From: Burkholderiales bacterium
Lineage (GTDB): Bacteria; Pseudomonadota; Gammaproteobacteria; Burkholderiales; JABEVD01
Reading direction: 5' to 3'
Assembly (NCBI GenBank): GCA_013044025.1
Contig: JABEVD010000225.1
Coordinates: forward strand, 1 to 43,850
DNA length: 43,850 nucleotides
In this document: in pieces, positions 21,016 to 29,546 of the stretch
Layout of the letters: each line of letters begins with the position of its first letter
Numbering within the stretch: the first letter of the stretch is position 1
The notes under the pieces: generated by a model
The model's input: the letters and a program-made list of their open reading frames with translations, nothing else
Told to the model about the DNA's origin: nothing
The model's database searches: none
Made by a program: the position numbers and the translations under genes

Positions 21016-22132
21016 GAGAATGATCATCATGCTGGCCAGCCTTGGCGTGCTGTTCGGGGGCATATTCGGCTTCCAGACCTTCAAGGCGAAAATGATCAAG
21101 AAGTACATGGGAGCGAACCGGTTTCAGGCGATGACCATCACGGCCATGAAGGCGGATCTGCAGCCCTGGCAACCGGCCCTGAAGTCGATCGGTACCCTGA
21201 GGGCTGCAAAAGGCGTGGACGTCTCCAGCGAAATCGCAGGACAGGTGCGGATCGTTGCGGTCAAATCCGGTCAGGATGTGAAAAAAGGCGATCTGCTGGT
21301 GCAACTGAATGCAGATCCGGACGTTGCGCTGCTGCATTCCCTGCAAGCCTCCGCAGATCTCGCCGATAGCGTCTACCAGCGCGACAAACAGCAGTTTTCC
21401 GCCCAGGCCATCAGTCAGGCGCAGCTCGACGTGGATGCTGCCGACCTGAAAGCGAAACGCGCGCAGGCCGAAGAGCAGCGCGCGGTGGTGGCGAAGAAGA
21501 CGATCAGCGCGCCCTTCTCGGGCCATCTGGGCATCTCCACGATCCAGCCCGGCCAGTACATCAATGCCGGAGACAAGATCGTGACCCTGCAGGATCTCGA
21601 TCCGGTCTACGTCGACTTCTCCCTGCCTGAAAGGGATGTGGCCAGGCTCAAAAAAGGGCAGAAGGTGATCGTCACTTCAGACAGCTTCGCAGGAAGCAGG
21701 TATGAAGGAAGGATCAGCACCATCGATCCCAAAGTGGATGCCGCGACGAGGAACGTGCAGGTGGAAGCGCTGATTCCCAATCCCAGGCACCAGTTGCTGC
21801 CCGGCATGTACGCATCGGTCGAGATCGATGCAGGCGTGACTGAAAACTACATCACCCTTCCCCAGACTGCCGTCTCCTTCAATCCCTACGGGGCGACCGC
21901 ATTCATCGTCGACGAGCAGGAAAAGGACGGCAAGAAGATGCTGGTGGCGAGGCAGAGTTTCATCAAGACCGGGCCCACCAGAGGAGACCAGGTCGCCATC
22001 CTTTCCGGAATCAGGCAGGGTGAAATGGTCGTCACCAGCGGCCAGCTCAAGCTCAGGAACGGCGCGAGCGTGAAAATCGACAACAGGATCTCGCCGAGCA
22101 ACGATCCTGCCCCGAAACCGGTCGACGAGTAA
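21008..22132 (+). CDS. RND efflux periplasmic adaptor (membrane fusion protein)
   Basis: TM anchor, lipoyl/barrel-sandwich motifs (EIAGQVRIVAVKSGQDVKKGDLLVQL), and an alpha hairpin. Its start overlaps the OMF stop by 8 nt. Confidence 0.88.
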   Translation: MTKRMIIMLASLGVLFGGIFGFQTFKAKMIKKYMGANRFQAMTITAMKADLQPWQPALKSIGTLRAAKGVDVSSEIAGQVRIVAVKSGQDVKKGDLLVQLNADPDVALLHSLQASADLADSVYQRDKQQFSAQAISQAQLDVDAADLKAKRAQAEEQRAVVAKKTISAPFSGHLGISTIQPGQYINAGDKIVTLQDLDPVYVDFSLPERDVARLKKGQKVIVTSDSFAGSRYEGRISTIDPKVDAATRNVQVEALIPNPRHQLLPGMYASVEIDAGVTENYITLPQTAVSFNPYGATAFIVDEQEKDGKKMLVARQSFIKTGPTRGDQVAILSGIRQGEMVVTSGQLKLRNGASVKIDNRISPSNDPAPKPVDE

Positions 22133-22141
22133 GGGCCACCC

Positions 22142-25100
22142 ATGAACTTCACCGACATCTTCATCCGGAGACCGGTGCTCGCCACTGTGCTCAGCCTCCT
22201 CATCCTGGTGATGGGACTGCGTTCCTTCTCGCAGCTCTCGGTACGCCAGTTCCCCGAAACGCAGGATGCGGTGGTGACCGTCACCACGGTCTATTCCGGC
22301 GCGGATCCAAAGCTGGTTGCGGGCTTCATCACGACCCCGCTGGAAAACGCCATCGCCCAGGCGAACGGAATCGATTATCTCACTTCCACCAGCACGCTGA
22401 GCGCGAGCACCATCCAGGCGACCTTGCGCCTCAACTACGACTACAACAAGGCGCTCACCGAAATCAACACCCAGGTGAATTCGGTGCTGAACCAGCTTCC
22501 TCCCGGAACGCAACAGCCGGTCATCTCGGTCGCGATCGGCGACACCATCGATGCGATGTACATCGGCTTTTCCAGCAAGATGCTCTCCACCAACCAGATC
22601 ACCGATTACCTGATCCGGGTGGTGCAGCCCAAGCTGCAGACCGTGGAAGGGGTGCAGACCGCAGAAATTCTCGGAAAGCGTCAGTTCGCGATGCGCGCAT
22701 GGCTCGATCCGGTGAAGCTCGCAGCCTTCCACGTCACTCCGGCCGAAGTCAGCACGGCGCTTGCCAATAACGACTTCATTTCCGCTGTCGGACGCACCCA
22801 GGGCCAGATGGTGACGGTGAACCTCACCGCCAACACCGGCCTGCACAGCATCGAGGAATTCAGGAACCTCGTCATCCGTTCGCAAAACGGCGCGAACGTT
22901 CATCTCGGCGACGTCGCCCGCGTGACGCTCGGCTCGGAAGATTATGACACTGCGGTCGGATTCGATGGGGACACCGCCGTCTACATCGGCATCAAGGTGG
23001 CGCCCTCCGCCAACCTGCTCTCGGTGAGCGCAGGCATCCGCAAGGCCTTTCCTTCGGTCCAGGAAGCCCTGCCTTCCGGGCTTCAGGCCAAGATCGTGTA
23101 CGATTCGACCAAGTTCGTGAACAGTTCGATCCACGAGGTCATCGATACCCTGGTCAAGACTTTGCTCATCGTGACCCTGGTCATCTTCATCTTCCTAGGA
23201 TCGTTGCGTTCGGTGGTGATTCCGGTGATCGCCATGCCGCTGTCGCTCATCGGCACTTTCTTCATCATGCTGGCGCTGGGCTACACCATCAACCTGCTCA
23301 CCCTGCTCGCCCTGGTGCTCGCCATCGGGCTGGTGGTGGACGACGCCATCATCGTGGTGGAGAACGTGAACCGCCACATGGAAGAGGGATTGTCGCCTTT
23401 CAAGGCGGCGCTCATGAGCGGAAAGGAACTGGTGGGACCGATTTTCGCCATGACCATCGTGCTGGTCGCAGTCTATATCCCGATCGGCTTCATGGGCGGA
23501 CTGACCGGCGCGCTTTTCACCGAATTCGCTTTCACGCTGGCAGGATCGGTGACGGTCTCCGCGATCATCGCGCTCACGCTCTCTCCCATGATGTGCTCGA
23601 AGTTTCTCAAGGATCACAATGCGGAAAGCCGTCTCGTGCAGAGCATCGACAAGGTGTTCGGCAAGCTGAGATCGGGATATCAGAAAAGGCTGCACGGCGT
23701 GCTAGACAGCCTTCCGGTAGTCGCCGTGTTCGCCGTGATGGTGCTCGCGGGAATCGGATTCCTGTACAAGACCTCGAAGTCCGAGCTCGCCCCCCAGGAA
23801 GACCAGGGCGTGCTGATCTCGATGCTCACCGCATCCCCGGATGCGACCCTCAAGCAGACCCAGATGAATTCCAGGCAGGTCTACAAGGTGTTTTCCTCCT
23901 ATCCTGAAACCGACCATGTGTTCCAGCTGGACGGCATCAACGGGCTCAACACCGGCATCGCAGGAATGGTGTTCAAGCCCTGGGACGAGAGATCCCGCAG
24001 CACCATGGACCTCATGCCCGAGATCCAGCAAAAGCTCAATGGAATCGCCGGCGTTCGCGCTGCGGTATTCCAGCGCCCACCGCTTCCCGGTGGCGGCAGG
24101 GGACTACCCATGCAGTTCGTGATCGGGACCACCGATTCGTATGACAAGCTCGATCTGGTTGCGCAGGAAATGATGAAAAAGGCGCAGGCGAGCGGCATGT
24201 TCATTTTCGTCGACAACGACCTCAAGATCGACAAGCCGCAAACCAGCGTGGTCATCAATCGCGAAAAGACCGCGCAGCTCGGCCTTTCCATGAAGGACAT
24301 CGGAAGCAGCCTGAATGCCATGCTGGGTGAGAGTTACGTCAACTACTTCAGCCTGGGTGGACGCTCCTACAAGGTGATTCCTGAAGTGATGCAGGAAAAG
24401 CGCCTGAATGCGGAACAGCTCGAGAATTATTACATCAAGAACTCGGCAGGAGACACTTTCCCGTTGTCGACCGTGGCGAAGCTCGAAACGACCGTGGTGC
24501 CCGAGACGCTGAACCACTTCCAGCAGCTCAATTCCGCGACCATTTCCGGCGTTCCGATGCCCGGCGTCACCCTTGGGGATGCGCTCGCCACCATGCAGAA
24601 GATCGCGAAAGAGACGCTGCCTGTCGGATACAGTGTCGATTACGCAGGACAGTCGCGCCAGTTCGAGACGGAATCCTCCGCGCTTCTCTTCACTTTCGGT
24701 TTTGCCATCATCATCATTTTCCTCGCGCTTTCCGCACAGTTCGAAAGCTTCCGCGATCCCTTCATCGTGCTGGTCAGCGTACCGATGTCGATCTGCGGCG
24801 CGATGATTTTCATCGCGCTCGGCATCGGCAAGGCCAGTCTCAACATCTACACGGAAGTGGGCCTCGTGACGCTGATCGGCCTCATCAGCAAGCACGGCAT
24901 TCTCATCGTGCAGTTCGCAAATGAATTGCAGCGCCAGGGAAGAAGCAAGCGGGAAGCCATCGAGATGGGCGCATCGATCCGTCTTCGCCCGATCCTGATG
25001 ACCACTGCCGCCATGGTGCTGGGCGTGCTGCCGCTGGTCATGGCAAGCGGCGCGGGCGCTGCAGGCCGCTTCAACATGGGCCTCGTCATCCTGACGGGGA

Positions 25101-25207
25101 TCGCGATCGGAACGCTGTTCACCCTGTTCGTCGTCCCTTCCATGTACATGATGCTGGGCGCGGACCATTCGAAACAGAAGCTTGACCCTTCCCAACTCAT
25201 CGACTAA
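22142..25207 (+). CDS. RND multidrug efflux permease (HAE1, AcrB/Mdt-like)
   Basis: 1021 aa, MNFTDIFIRRPVLATVLSLLILVMG..., 12-TM two-fold repeat, and a conserved GLVVDDAIIVVENV motif. Confidence 0.93.
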   Translation: MNFTDIFIRRPVLATVLSLLILVMGLRSFSQLSVRQFPETQDAVVTVTTVYSGADPKLVAGFITTPLENAIAQANGIDYLTSTSTLSASTIQATLRLNYDYNKALTEINTQVNSVLNQLPPGTQQPVISVAIGDTIDAMYIGFSSKMLSTNQITDYLIRVVQPKLQTVEGVQTAEILGKRQFAMRAWLDPVKLAAFHVTPAEVSTALANNDFISAVGRTQGQMVTVNLTANTGLHSIEEFRNLVIRSQNGANVHLGDVARVTLGSEDYDTAVGFDGDTAVYIGIKVAPSANLLSVSAGIRKAFPSVQEALPSGLQAKIVYDSTKFVNSSIHEVIDTLVKTLLIVTLVIFIFLGSLRSVVIPVIAMPLSLIGTFFIMLALGYTINLLTLLALVLAIGLVVDDAIIVVENVNRHMEEGLSPFKAALMSGKELVGPIFAMTIVLVAVYIPIGFMGGLTGALFTEFAFTLAGSVTVSAIIALTLSPMMCSKFLKDHNAESRLVQSIDKVFGKLRSGYQKRLHGVLDSLPVVAVFAVMVLAGIGFLYKTSKSELAPQEDQGVLISMLTASPDATLKQTQMNSRQVYKVFSSYPETDHVFQLDGINGLNTGIAGMVFKPWDERSRSTMDLMPEIQQKLNGIAGVRAAVFQRPPLPGGGRGLPMQFVIGTTDSYDKLDLVAQEMMKKAQASGMFIFVDNDLKIDKPQTSVVINREKTAQLGLSMKDIGSSLNAMLGESYVNYFSLGGRSYKVIPEVMQEKRLNAEQLENYYIKNSAGDTFPLSTVAKLETTVVPETLNHFQQLNSATISGVPMPGVTLGDALATMQKIAKETLPVGYSVDYAGQSRQFETESSALLFTFGFAIIIIFLALSAQFESFRDPFIVLVSVPMSICGAMIFIALGIGKASLNIYTEVGLVTLIGLISKHGILIVQFANELQRQGRSKREAIEMGASIRLRPILMTTAAMVLGVLPLVMASGAGAAGRFNMGLVILTGIAIGTLFTLFVVPSMYMMLGADHSKQKLDPSQLID

Positions 25208-25355
25208 ATTCTACGACATGCGTTTGGTTCAGCGCCTGCAAGGGCAGACCCGTCGCAAGGCGGGTCATGCGGATCTTCCGGGCCTGGGGAGGCGGCCCTT
25301 TCATTCCAGGGGATGAATCCGGACCCCCTCTCCTTTCAATCAGGGTGTTCGGAAC

Positions 25356-26213
25356 GTGAAATCGAGCAAGGGCGTCAAGCCCAGAATCGTCGTCAGGATC
25401 ATCCGCGAGGAGGATAGCCAGCCGAGCGGAGTGTGGAAAATCGCCTACGCCGATTTCGTCACGGCCATGATGGCGTTCTTCCTGCTGATGTGGCTCATCA
25501 GCAGCACCTCGCAGAAGGATCTGCAGCAGATCGCGGAATATTTCAGCACCCCCTTGTCCGTTGCCCTGTTCGGAGGAAAAAGCCAGGAAATGACCACCTC
25601 GCCGCTAACCCTGAAAGGCGCAGGAACCGATCTCACCAAAAAGCATGGACAGACCGCGAAAACGCCTATGAATCTGGAAAGCGCGGAAATGCTCATCAAG
25701 AAACAGGAGATGAAGAAGCTCGAGCAATTGAAGCAGAATCTGGAGAAGGTCATCGATTCGAATCCGGACATGAACAAATTCAAACAGCAGCTTCTCATCG
25801 ACATCACCGCGCAGGGCCTGCGCATCCAGATCGTCGACCAGCAGAACCGCCCCATGTTCGACCTGGGGAGCACCGTGCTGCAGCCTTATGCGCTCGCCAT
25901 CCTGAAGGAAATCGGCAATACGCTGAACGAGGTTCCCTACAAGATCAGCCTGTCCGGGCATACCGATGCCAGGCCGTATCAGGGGAGCGAAAGGAATTAC
26001 AACAACTGGGACCTTTCGCTGGATCGGGCGAATGCTGCGAGGCGCGCGCTGGTTTCTGGCGGAATGGATCCGGACAAGGTGCTGCGCGTGATCGGGCTCG
26101 CCTCCGCGGTGCCGCTCGACAAGGAAGATCCACTCGACCCGATCAACCGCAGGATCAGCATCATCGTGATGAATTCGCAAGCGGCGGAACGCGCCGCACT
26201 GGAATCGAAATGA
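25356..26213 (+). CDS. motB: Flagellar stator protein MotB (no adjacent motA)
   Basis: WKIAYADFVTAMMAFFLLMWLISSTSQKDLQQIAEYFSTPL (TM segment with the proton-binding Asp, then the plug). The C-terminus is an OmpA-like peptidoglycan-binding domain (GHTDARPY...NWDLSLDRANAARRAL). The start codon is GTG. Confidence 0.85.
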   Translation: MKSSKGVKPRIVVRIIREEDSQPSGVWKIAYADFVTAMMAFFLLMWLISSTSQKDLQQIAEYFSTPLSVALFGGKSQEMTTSPLTLKGAGTDLTKKHGQTAKTPMNLESAEMLIKKQEMKKLEQLKQNLEKVIDSNPDMNKFKQQLLIDITAQGLRIQIVDQQNRPMFDLGSTVLQPYALAILKEIGNTLNEVPYKISLSGHTDARPYQGSERNYNNWDLSLDRANAARRALVSGGMDPDKVLRVIGLASAVPLDKEDPLDPINRRISIIVMNSQAAERAALESK

Positions 26214-26563
26214 TCCGGATGAAGCGGGCATGGGACGAACCCGATGCGGAGGACGGACTCAGGATCCTGGTCGACAGGCTCTGGCCGCGCGGCATGAAAA
26301 GGGAGAAAATCGACCTCTGGATGAAGGAAGTCGCGCCGAGCCCGGAATTGCGCAAGTGGTTCGGACACGATCCTGCCCGCTGGGAAGAATTCAGGAGCCG
26401 CTATTTCGCGGAACTGGAACATTCAGGCGCTGCACGGGAACTCCTGCTTCTCGTCGGGTCGGATCGGAAAATCACCCTGATCTATGCGGCGAGCGACCGG
26501 GAACACAACAACGCCGCAGCGCTCCTGGAATACATCCTGGAGCACGGCGGTGCAGGGAAATGA
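26210..26563 (+). CDS. DUF488 family protein
   Basis: 117 aa, LRILVDRLWPRGMKREKIDLWMKEVAPSPELRKWFGHDPARWEEFRSRY. Its ATG overlaps the motB stop (ATGA). Confidence 0.75.
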   Translation: MIRMKRAWDEPDAEDGLRILVDRLWPRGMKREKIDLWMKEVAPSPELRKWFGHDPARWEEFRSRYFAELEHSGAARELLLLVGSDRKITLIYAASDREHNNAAALLEYILEHGGAGK

Positions 26564-26761
26564 CTATTTCTTGAGGGGACAGGTGCTGATCCCGAGCAAG
26601 GTATAAAGCGGGCACCATCCGATCAGCGCGGTCGCGATCGGAACGATTCCGATCAGGCCGAGATACTTCATGCTTCCATCGAGCAGGAAAAACAGGCTCA
26701 GCAATGCGATTCCCGCCACGATCCGTACGGCCTTGTCGACCCCACCCACATTCGCTTTCAT
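26564..26761 (-). CDS. DUF2892 (YgaP-C-like) small membrane protein
   Basis: 65 aa, DKAVRIVAGIALLS...IGWCPLYTLLGISTCPLKK (conserved two-Cys tail). A GGGAGG SD lies upstream. Confidence 0.7.
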   Translation of the reverse strand: MKANVGGVDKAVRIVAGIALLSLFFLLDGSMKYLGLIGIVPIATALIGWCPLYTLLGISTCPLKK

Positions 26762-26822
26762 GATTCCTCCCATTAATAAGCAGTTTCTAATGTTGATTCC
26801 AGTATAGCAAAAGAATCGAACC

Positions 26823-28085
26823 TCAGGATGCTGCAACGAGCAGGAATGGAAGGGGATTGCCGAATTCGTGGCGCATGATGCGGGATTGGATCGAAACCGA
26901 AGCGAATCCGGCAGAACGCAGCACGGAGCGGACATATTCGCTGCCGTGCGCATAGCGCCCGCTCGGCTGGATCATCCAGCCGAAAGGATTGTCCGATTCC
27001 TCCAGGGTGAACACGAAGCAGCCGCCCGGACGGAGCGCGCGCTTCGCATTCGAGGAGACCACGGAAAGATCGCCGAAATAGATCAGGGTGTCGGCAGCGA
27101 CGACGAGATCGTATCGTTCCTGCTGCGTGAAAAGATGGGAGGCGAGCTCGGCCTTGATCAGGACATCGTAACAGCCCCTTTTTTCCGCCAATTCCAGCAT
27201 TCCGGAAGAAAGATCGACGCCGACGAGGGTCGATGCATGGGGCTTGAGCCGACTTGCGCAGAGCCCGGTTCCGCATCCTGCATCGAGAATTTCGTATTTC
27301 CGGTCCGGGGCGAGCATTCCGGCCAGCAATTCGCCGATCAGGGAAGGCGCATTGTAGGAAAGTCCTGCGAGCTGGTCGTCGAATTTTCCAGAAAGATCGT
27401 CGAAAGCCTTTTCGATGTATTCGTCCGAAGCCCTGGAAGGCGCAGCATCCGCGCAGGATGCATGCAGGTGGCGCGGGACGGGGTTTTCAGGCTCTTCCTC
27501 CATCCAGCTCCGGTAGACGCTCGCCGCATCCGCAATCCTGCCGAGCCGGTAATAGGCGATTCCGAGCATCTCCTTCGGCTTTCCGTCGTGAGGGGGAAGC
27601 ACATAGGCCCGGCAGTGAAATTCCGAAGCTTCGATTTCCCTGCCCCGGGCATCGAGCAGGTTGCCGAGATTGGAAAGCGCATCGCGAAATTCAGGGCAAA
27701 TTGCGATCGATTGCCGGAAGGACTGTTCGGCTTCAGCCGGTTTTCCCAGCGCTTCGAGGCAGGCGCCGAGATTGTTCCAGTAGAGGGGGTTGCCTGGATC
27801 GAGTTCGATCGCATCGAGGAAGGCCGCAGCTGCGGACTCCGCATCCCCGATCTCGCAAAGCATGTTTCCGAGATCGTTGCGCCATGGCGCGCGTTCCGGA
27901 TGAGCCGCAATGGAGGCGCGGACCAGCGAAATCCCGTCCTCGCCTTTGCGATGTTTCAGAAGGCCGAGCACATGCAGGCATTCGGCATCCTGCGGATTCC
28001 GTTCCAGAATCGAATCCAGGATCTGTTCCGCGCCTTCCGGATCTCCTGCGAAATGCAGTTCAAGGGCCAATTCGGGACGATGCAT
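26823..28085 (-). CDS. TPR-repeat protein fused to a class I SAM-dependent methyltransferase (COG4976-like)
   Basis: The N-terminal ~200 aa are TPR repeats (AECLHVLGLL, NPLYWNNLGACLEALGKPAEAEQSFRQSIAICPEF, ALSNLGNLL). The C-terminal domain has motif I ILDAGCGTGLC, post-I VGVDLS, DLVVAADTLIYFGDL and LRPGGCFVFTLE. Confidence 0.8.
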   Translation of the reverse strand: MHRPELALELHFAGDPEGAEQILDSILERNPQDAECLHVLGLLKHRKGEDGISLVRASIAAHPERAPWRNDLGNMLCEIGDAESAAAAFLDAIELDPGNPLYWNNLGACLEALGKPAEAEQSFRQSIAICPEFRDALSNLGNLLDARGREIEASEFHCRAYVLPPHDGKPKEMLGIAYYRLGRIADAASVYRSWMEEEPENPVPRHLHASCADAAPSRASDEYIEKAFDDLSGKFDDQLAGLSYNAPSLIGELLAGMLAPDRKYEILDAGCGTGLCASRLKPHASTLVGVDLSSGMLELAEKRGCYDVLIKAELASHLFTQQERYDLVVAADTLIYFGDLSVVSSNAKRALRPGGCFVFTLEESDNPFGWMIQPSGRYAHGSEYVRSVLRSAGFASVSIQSRIMRHEFGNPLPFLLVAAS

Positions 28086-28088
28086 CGG

Positions 28089-28382
28089 CTACACGCAACC
28101 GGTTGGCTTGGGCAGTCCGCCGTATTTGGTGATGGGCTTCATCGGTCCCGTCATCCAGCGTTCGAAGATTTCCTTCTGGTCTTCCTCGACATATTTCGCG
28201 AATTTGCGGATCGGCGGCACCGTTCCGAAATCCTCGAAATATTCCCTCGCTTTCAGGATATGCGCCCACTTCGCGTCGTCCAGCTCATATCCGTCCGCTT
28301 CCGCCATGGCGCGCCCGATCTCGGGAGTCCAGACATTCATGTCGGCGAGATACCCGTCCCCATCCCTTGCAGGCAGTTCCAT
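28089..28382 (-). CDS. DsrC/TusE-family sulfur-carrier-like protein (single C-terminal Cys)
   Basis: DGDGYLADMNVWTPEIGRAMAEADGYELDDAKWAHILKAREYFEDFGTVPPIRKF...GGLPKPTGCV is the DsrC/TusE fold signature, with a penultimate Cys. There is no second Cys about 10 residues upstream. The preferred start, ATG 28382, has a GGAGA SD 5 nt upstream. Alternatives are ATG 28394 and TTG 28406. Confidence 0.75.
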   Translation of the reverse strand: MELPARDGDGYLADMNVWTPEIGRAMAEADGYELDDAKWAHILKAREYFEDFGTVPPIRKFAKYVEEDQKEIFERWMTGPMKPITKYGGLPKPTGCV

Positions 28383-28410
28383 TTCATTCTCCATAATAGT
28401 CGACAAAATA

Positions 28411-28416
28411 ATTATA
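28411..28416 (-). promoter_or_regulatory. Candidate -10 box (TATAAT) upstream of the DsrC/TusE-like gene
   Basis: A perfect TATAAT on the minus strand sits in the 37-nt gap between the Nit hydrolase stop and the DsrC-like gene. No good -35 element. Confidence 0.3.
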
Positions 28417-28443
28417 CTATTTCACACGAGAATGAAGTTTCCG

Positions 28444-29244
28444 TCAAGCCACGAACTTCCTGTGCCGCAATGCGGGAAGGCTATTTCTCACCGCTTGCGT
28501 CCTGGAAGGATCCATTTCCGCGACCACGACGCCGGGACCCTTTTCGATCCTGGCCATGATCTCTCCCCATGGATCGACGATCATGCTGTTGCCGAAGGTT
28601 CTTCTGCCAGTGGGATGTCCCCCTCCCTGTGCGGAAGCGATCACATGGCACTGGTTCTCGACCGCGCGGGCCCGGATCAGCAGCTCCCAATGGGCTTGCC
28701 CCGTGGTTTCGGTGAAAGCAGCGGGAACGACGATGAAATCGACCTCACCCATTTTCCTGAAAAGCTCCGGGAACCGGAGATCGTAGCAGATGGCGATCCC
28801 CATCCTGCCGTAAGGAGTTTCGCATACGCTGAAGGATTCGCCCGCCTCGATGGTTTGCCCTTCGTCGTAGCGCTCCGATCCATGCTCGAAGCCGAAGAGA
28901 TGGATCTTGTCGTATCTTGCGCGCCGAATACCTTCGGAATCGAAAACGAAGCAGGTGTTCCTGGATTTTCCGGGATGATTTGCATAAGTCGGCAGGGAGC
29001 CCCCCACCAGCCAGATGCTGTGCTCCCTGGCAAGGGAAGAAAGAAAATCCTGAATCGGGCCTTCTCCTTCGGGCTCCCTGGCCATGAGTCGGTCTTCTTC
29101 GGAAGCGCCGATCATGGGAAAATATTCCGGAAGGACGGCGAGCACCGCGCCCTGCTCCGCAGCCATCGCGACGAGGCGAGCCGCTTCCTTCAGGTTTTCG
29201 GCCACGACCGGACCGGAAATCATCTGGATTGCAGCAACCCTCAT
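28444..29244 (-). CDS. Carbon-nitrogen hydrolase (nitrilase superfamily, Nit/omega-amidase-like)
   Basis: 266 aa with the catalytic E-K-C triad in context: LAVLPEYF (Glu), YDKIHLF (Lys), IAICYDLRFPE (Cys). Its start overlaps the upstream ORF stop (ATGA). Confidence 0.85.
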   Translation of the reverse strand: MRVAAIQMISGPVVAENLKEAARLVAMAAEQGAVLAVLPEYFPMIGASEEDRLMAREPEGEGPIQDFLSSLAREHSIWLVGGSLPTYANHPGKSRNTCFVFDSEGIRRARYDKIHLFGFEHGSERYDEGQTIEAGESFSVCETPYGRMGIAICYDLRFPELFRKMGEVDFIVVPAAFTETTGQAHWELLIRARAVENQCHVIASAQGGGHPTGRRTFGNSMIVDPWGEIMARIEKGPGVVVAEMDPSRTQAVRNSLPALRHRKFVA

Positions 29245-29483
29245 CGATGCTCCGGAAACAGACCGTTCAGCGCTTCCTCGAGTCCGGGGCGCTCGTCCAT
29301 GAACTTCCTGCGCAATCTCGCGGATTCGGTATCGTCGATGAGTCCGGCCTGCTCGAGGGTGGCGAGCTCTTCCTTCACCATGGAATATCTCACGGCGGCG
29401 AGATAGAAGCGCTCCGGCTTCTTCGCCTCCATCCTGGAATTCCAGTAAAGTGCAGCTTCCTCGTATTTCACGATCCACCCCAC
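29241..29483 (-). CDS. Hypothetical small protein (up to 80 aa), unknown family
   Basis: An ORF coupled by ATGA to the Nit hydrolase. The first codon is GTG. An internal ATG (MEAKKPERF) is an alternative start. No recognisable motif. Confidence 0.35.
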   Translation of the reverse strand: MGWIVKYEEAALYWNSRMEAKKPERFYLAAVRYSMVKEELATLEQAGLIDDTESARLRRKFMDERPGLEEALNGLFPEHR

Positions 29484-29546
29484 AAACCATATAAACTATA
29501 TATACCATTCTAGGGCAATTGCGCGCATCATGCCAGTTTCCCGGAT

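Noticed and set aside
25208-25355. Searched for a motA remnant or a small gene upstream of motB. One 32-codon ORF starts at 25218.
   Set aside because: It has no similarity to the MotA C-terminus, is Arg-rich and has no SD. The two short GC hairpins lack a convincing U-tract, so I do not call a terminator or an sRNA.
25433-26563. 376-aa plus-strand ORF.
   Set aside because: Only the last 117 aa are the DUF488 protein. The rest overlaps motB out of frame.
26868-29406. Plus-strand ORFs 26868..28559 (563 aa), 27254..28132 and 27910..29406 (498 aa).
   Set aside because: They are antisense to the TPR-methyltransferase, the DsrC-like gene and the Nit hydrolase. Composition is low complexity and there are no motifs.
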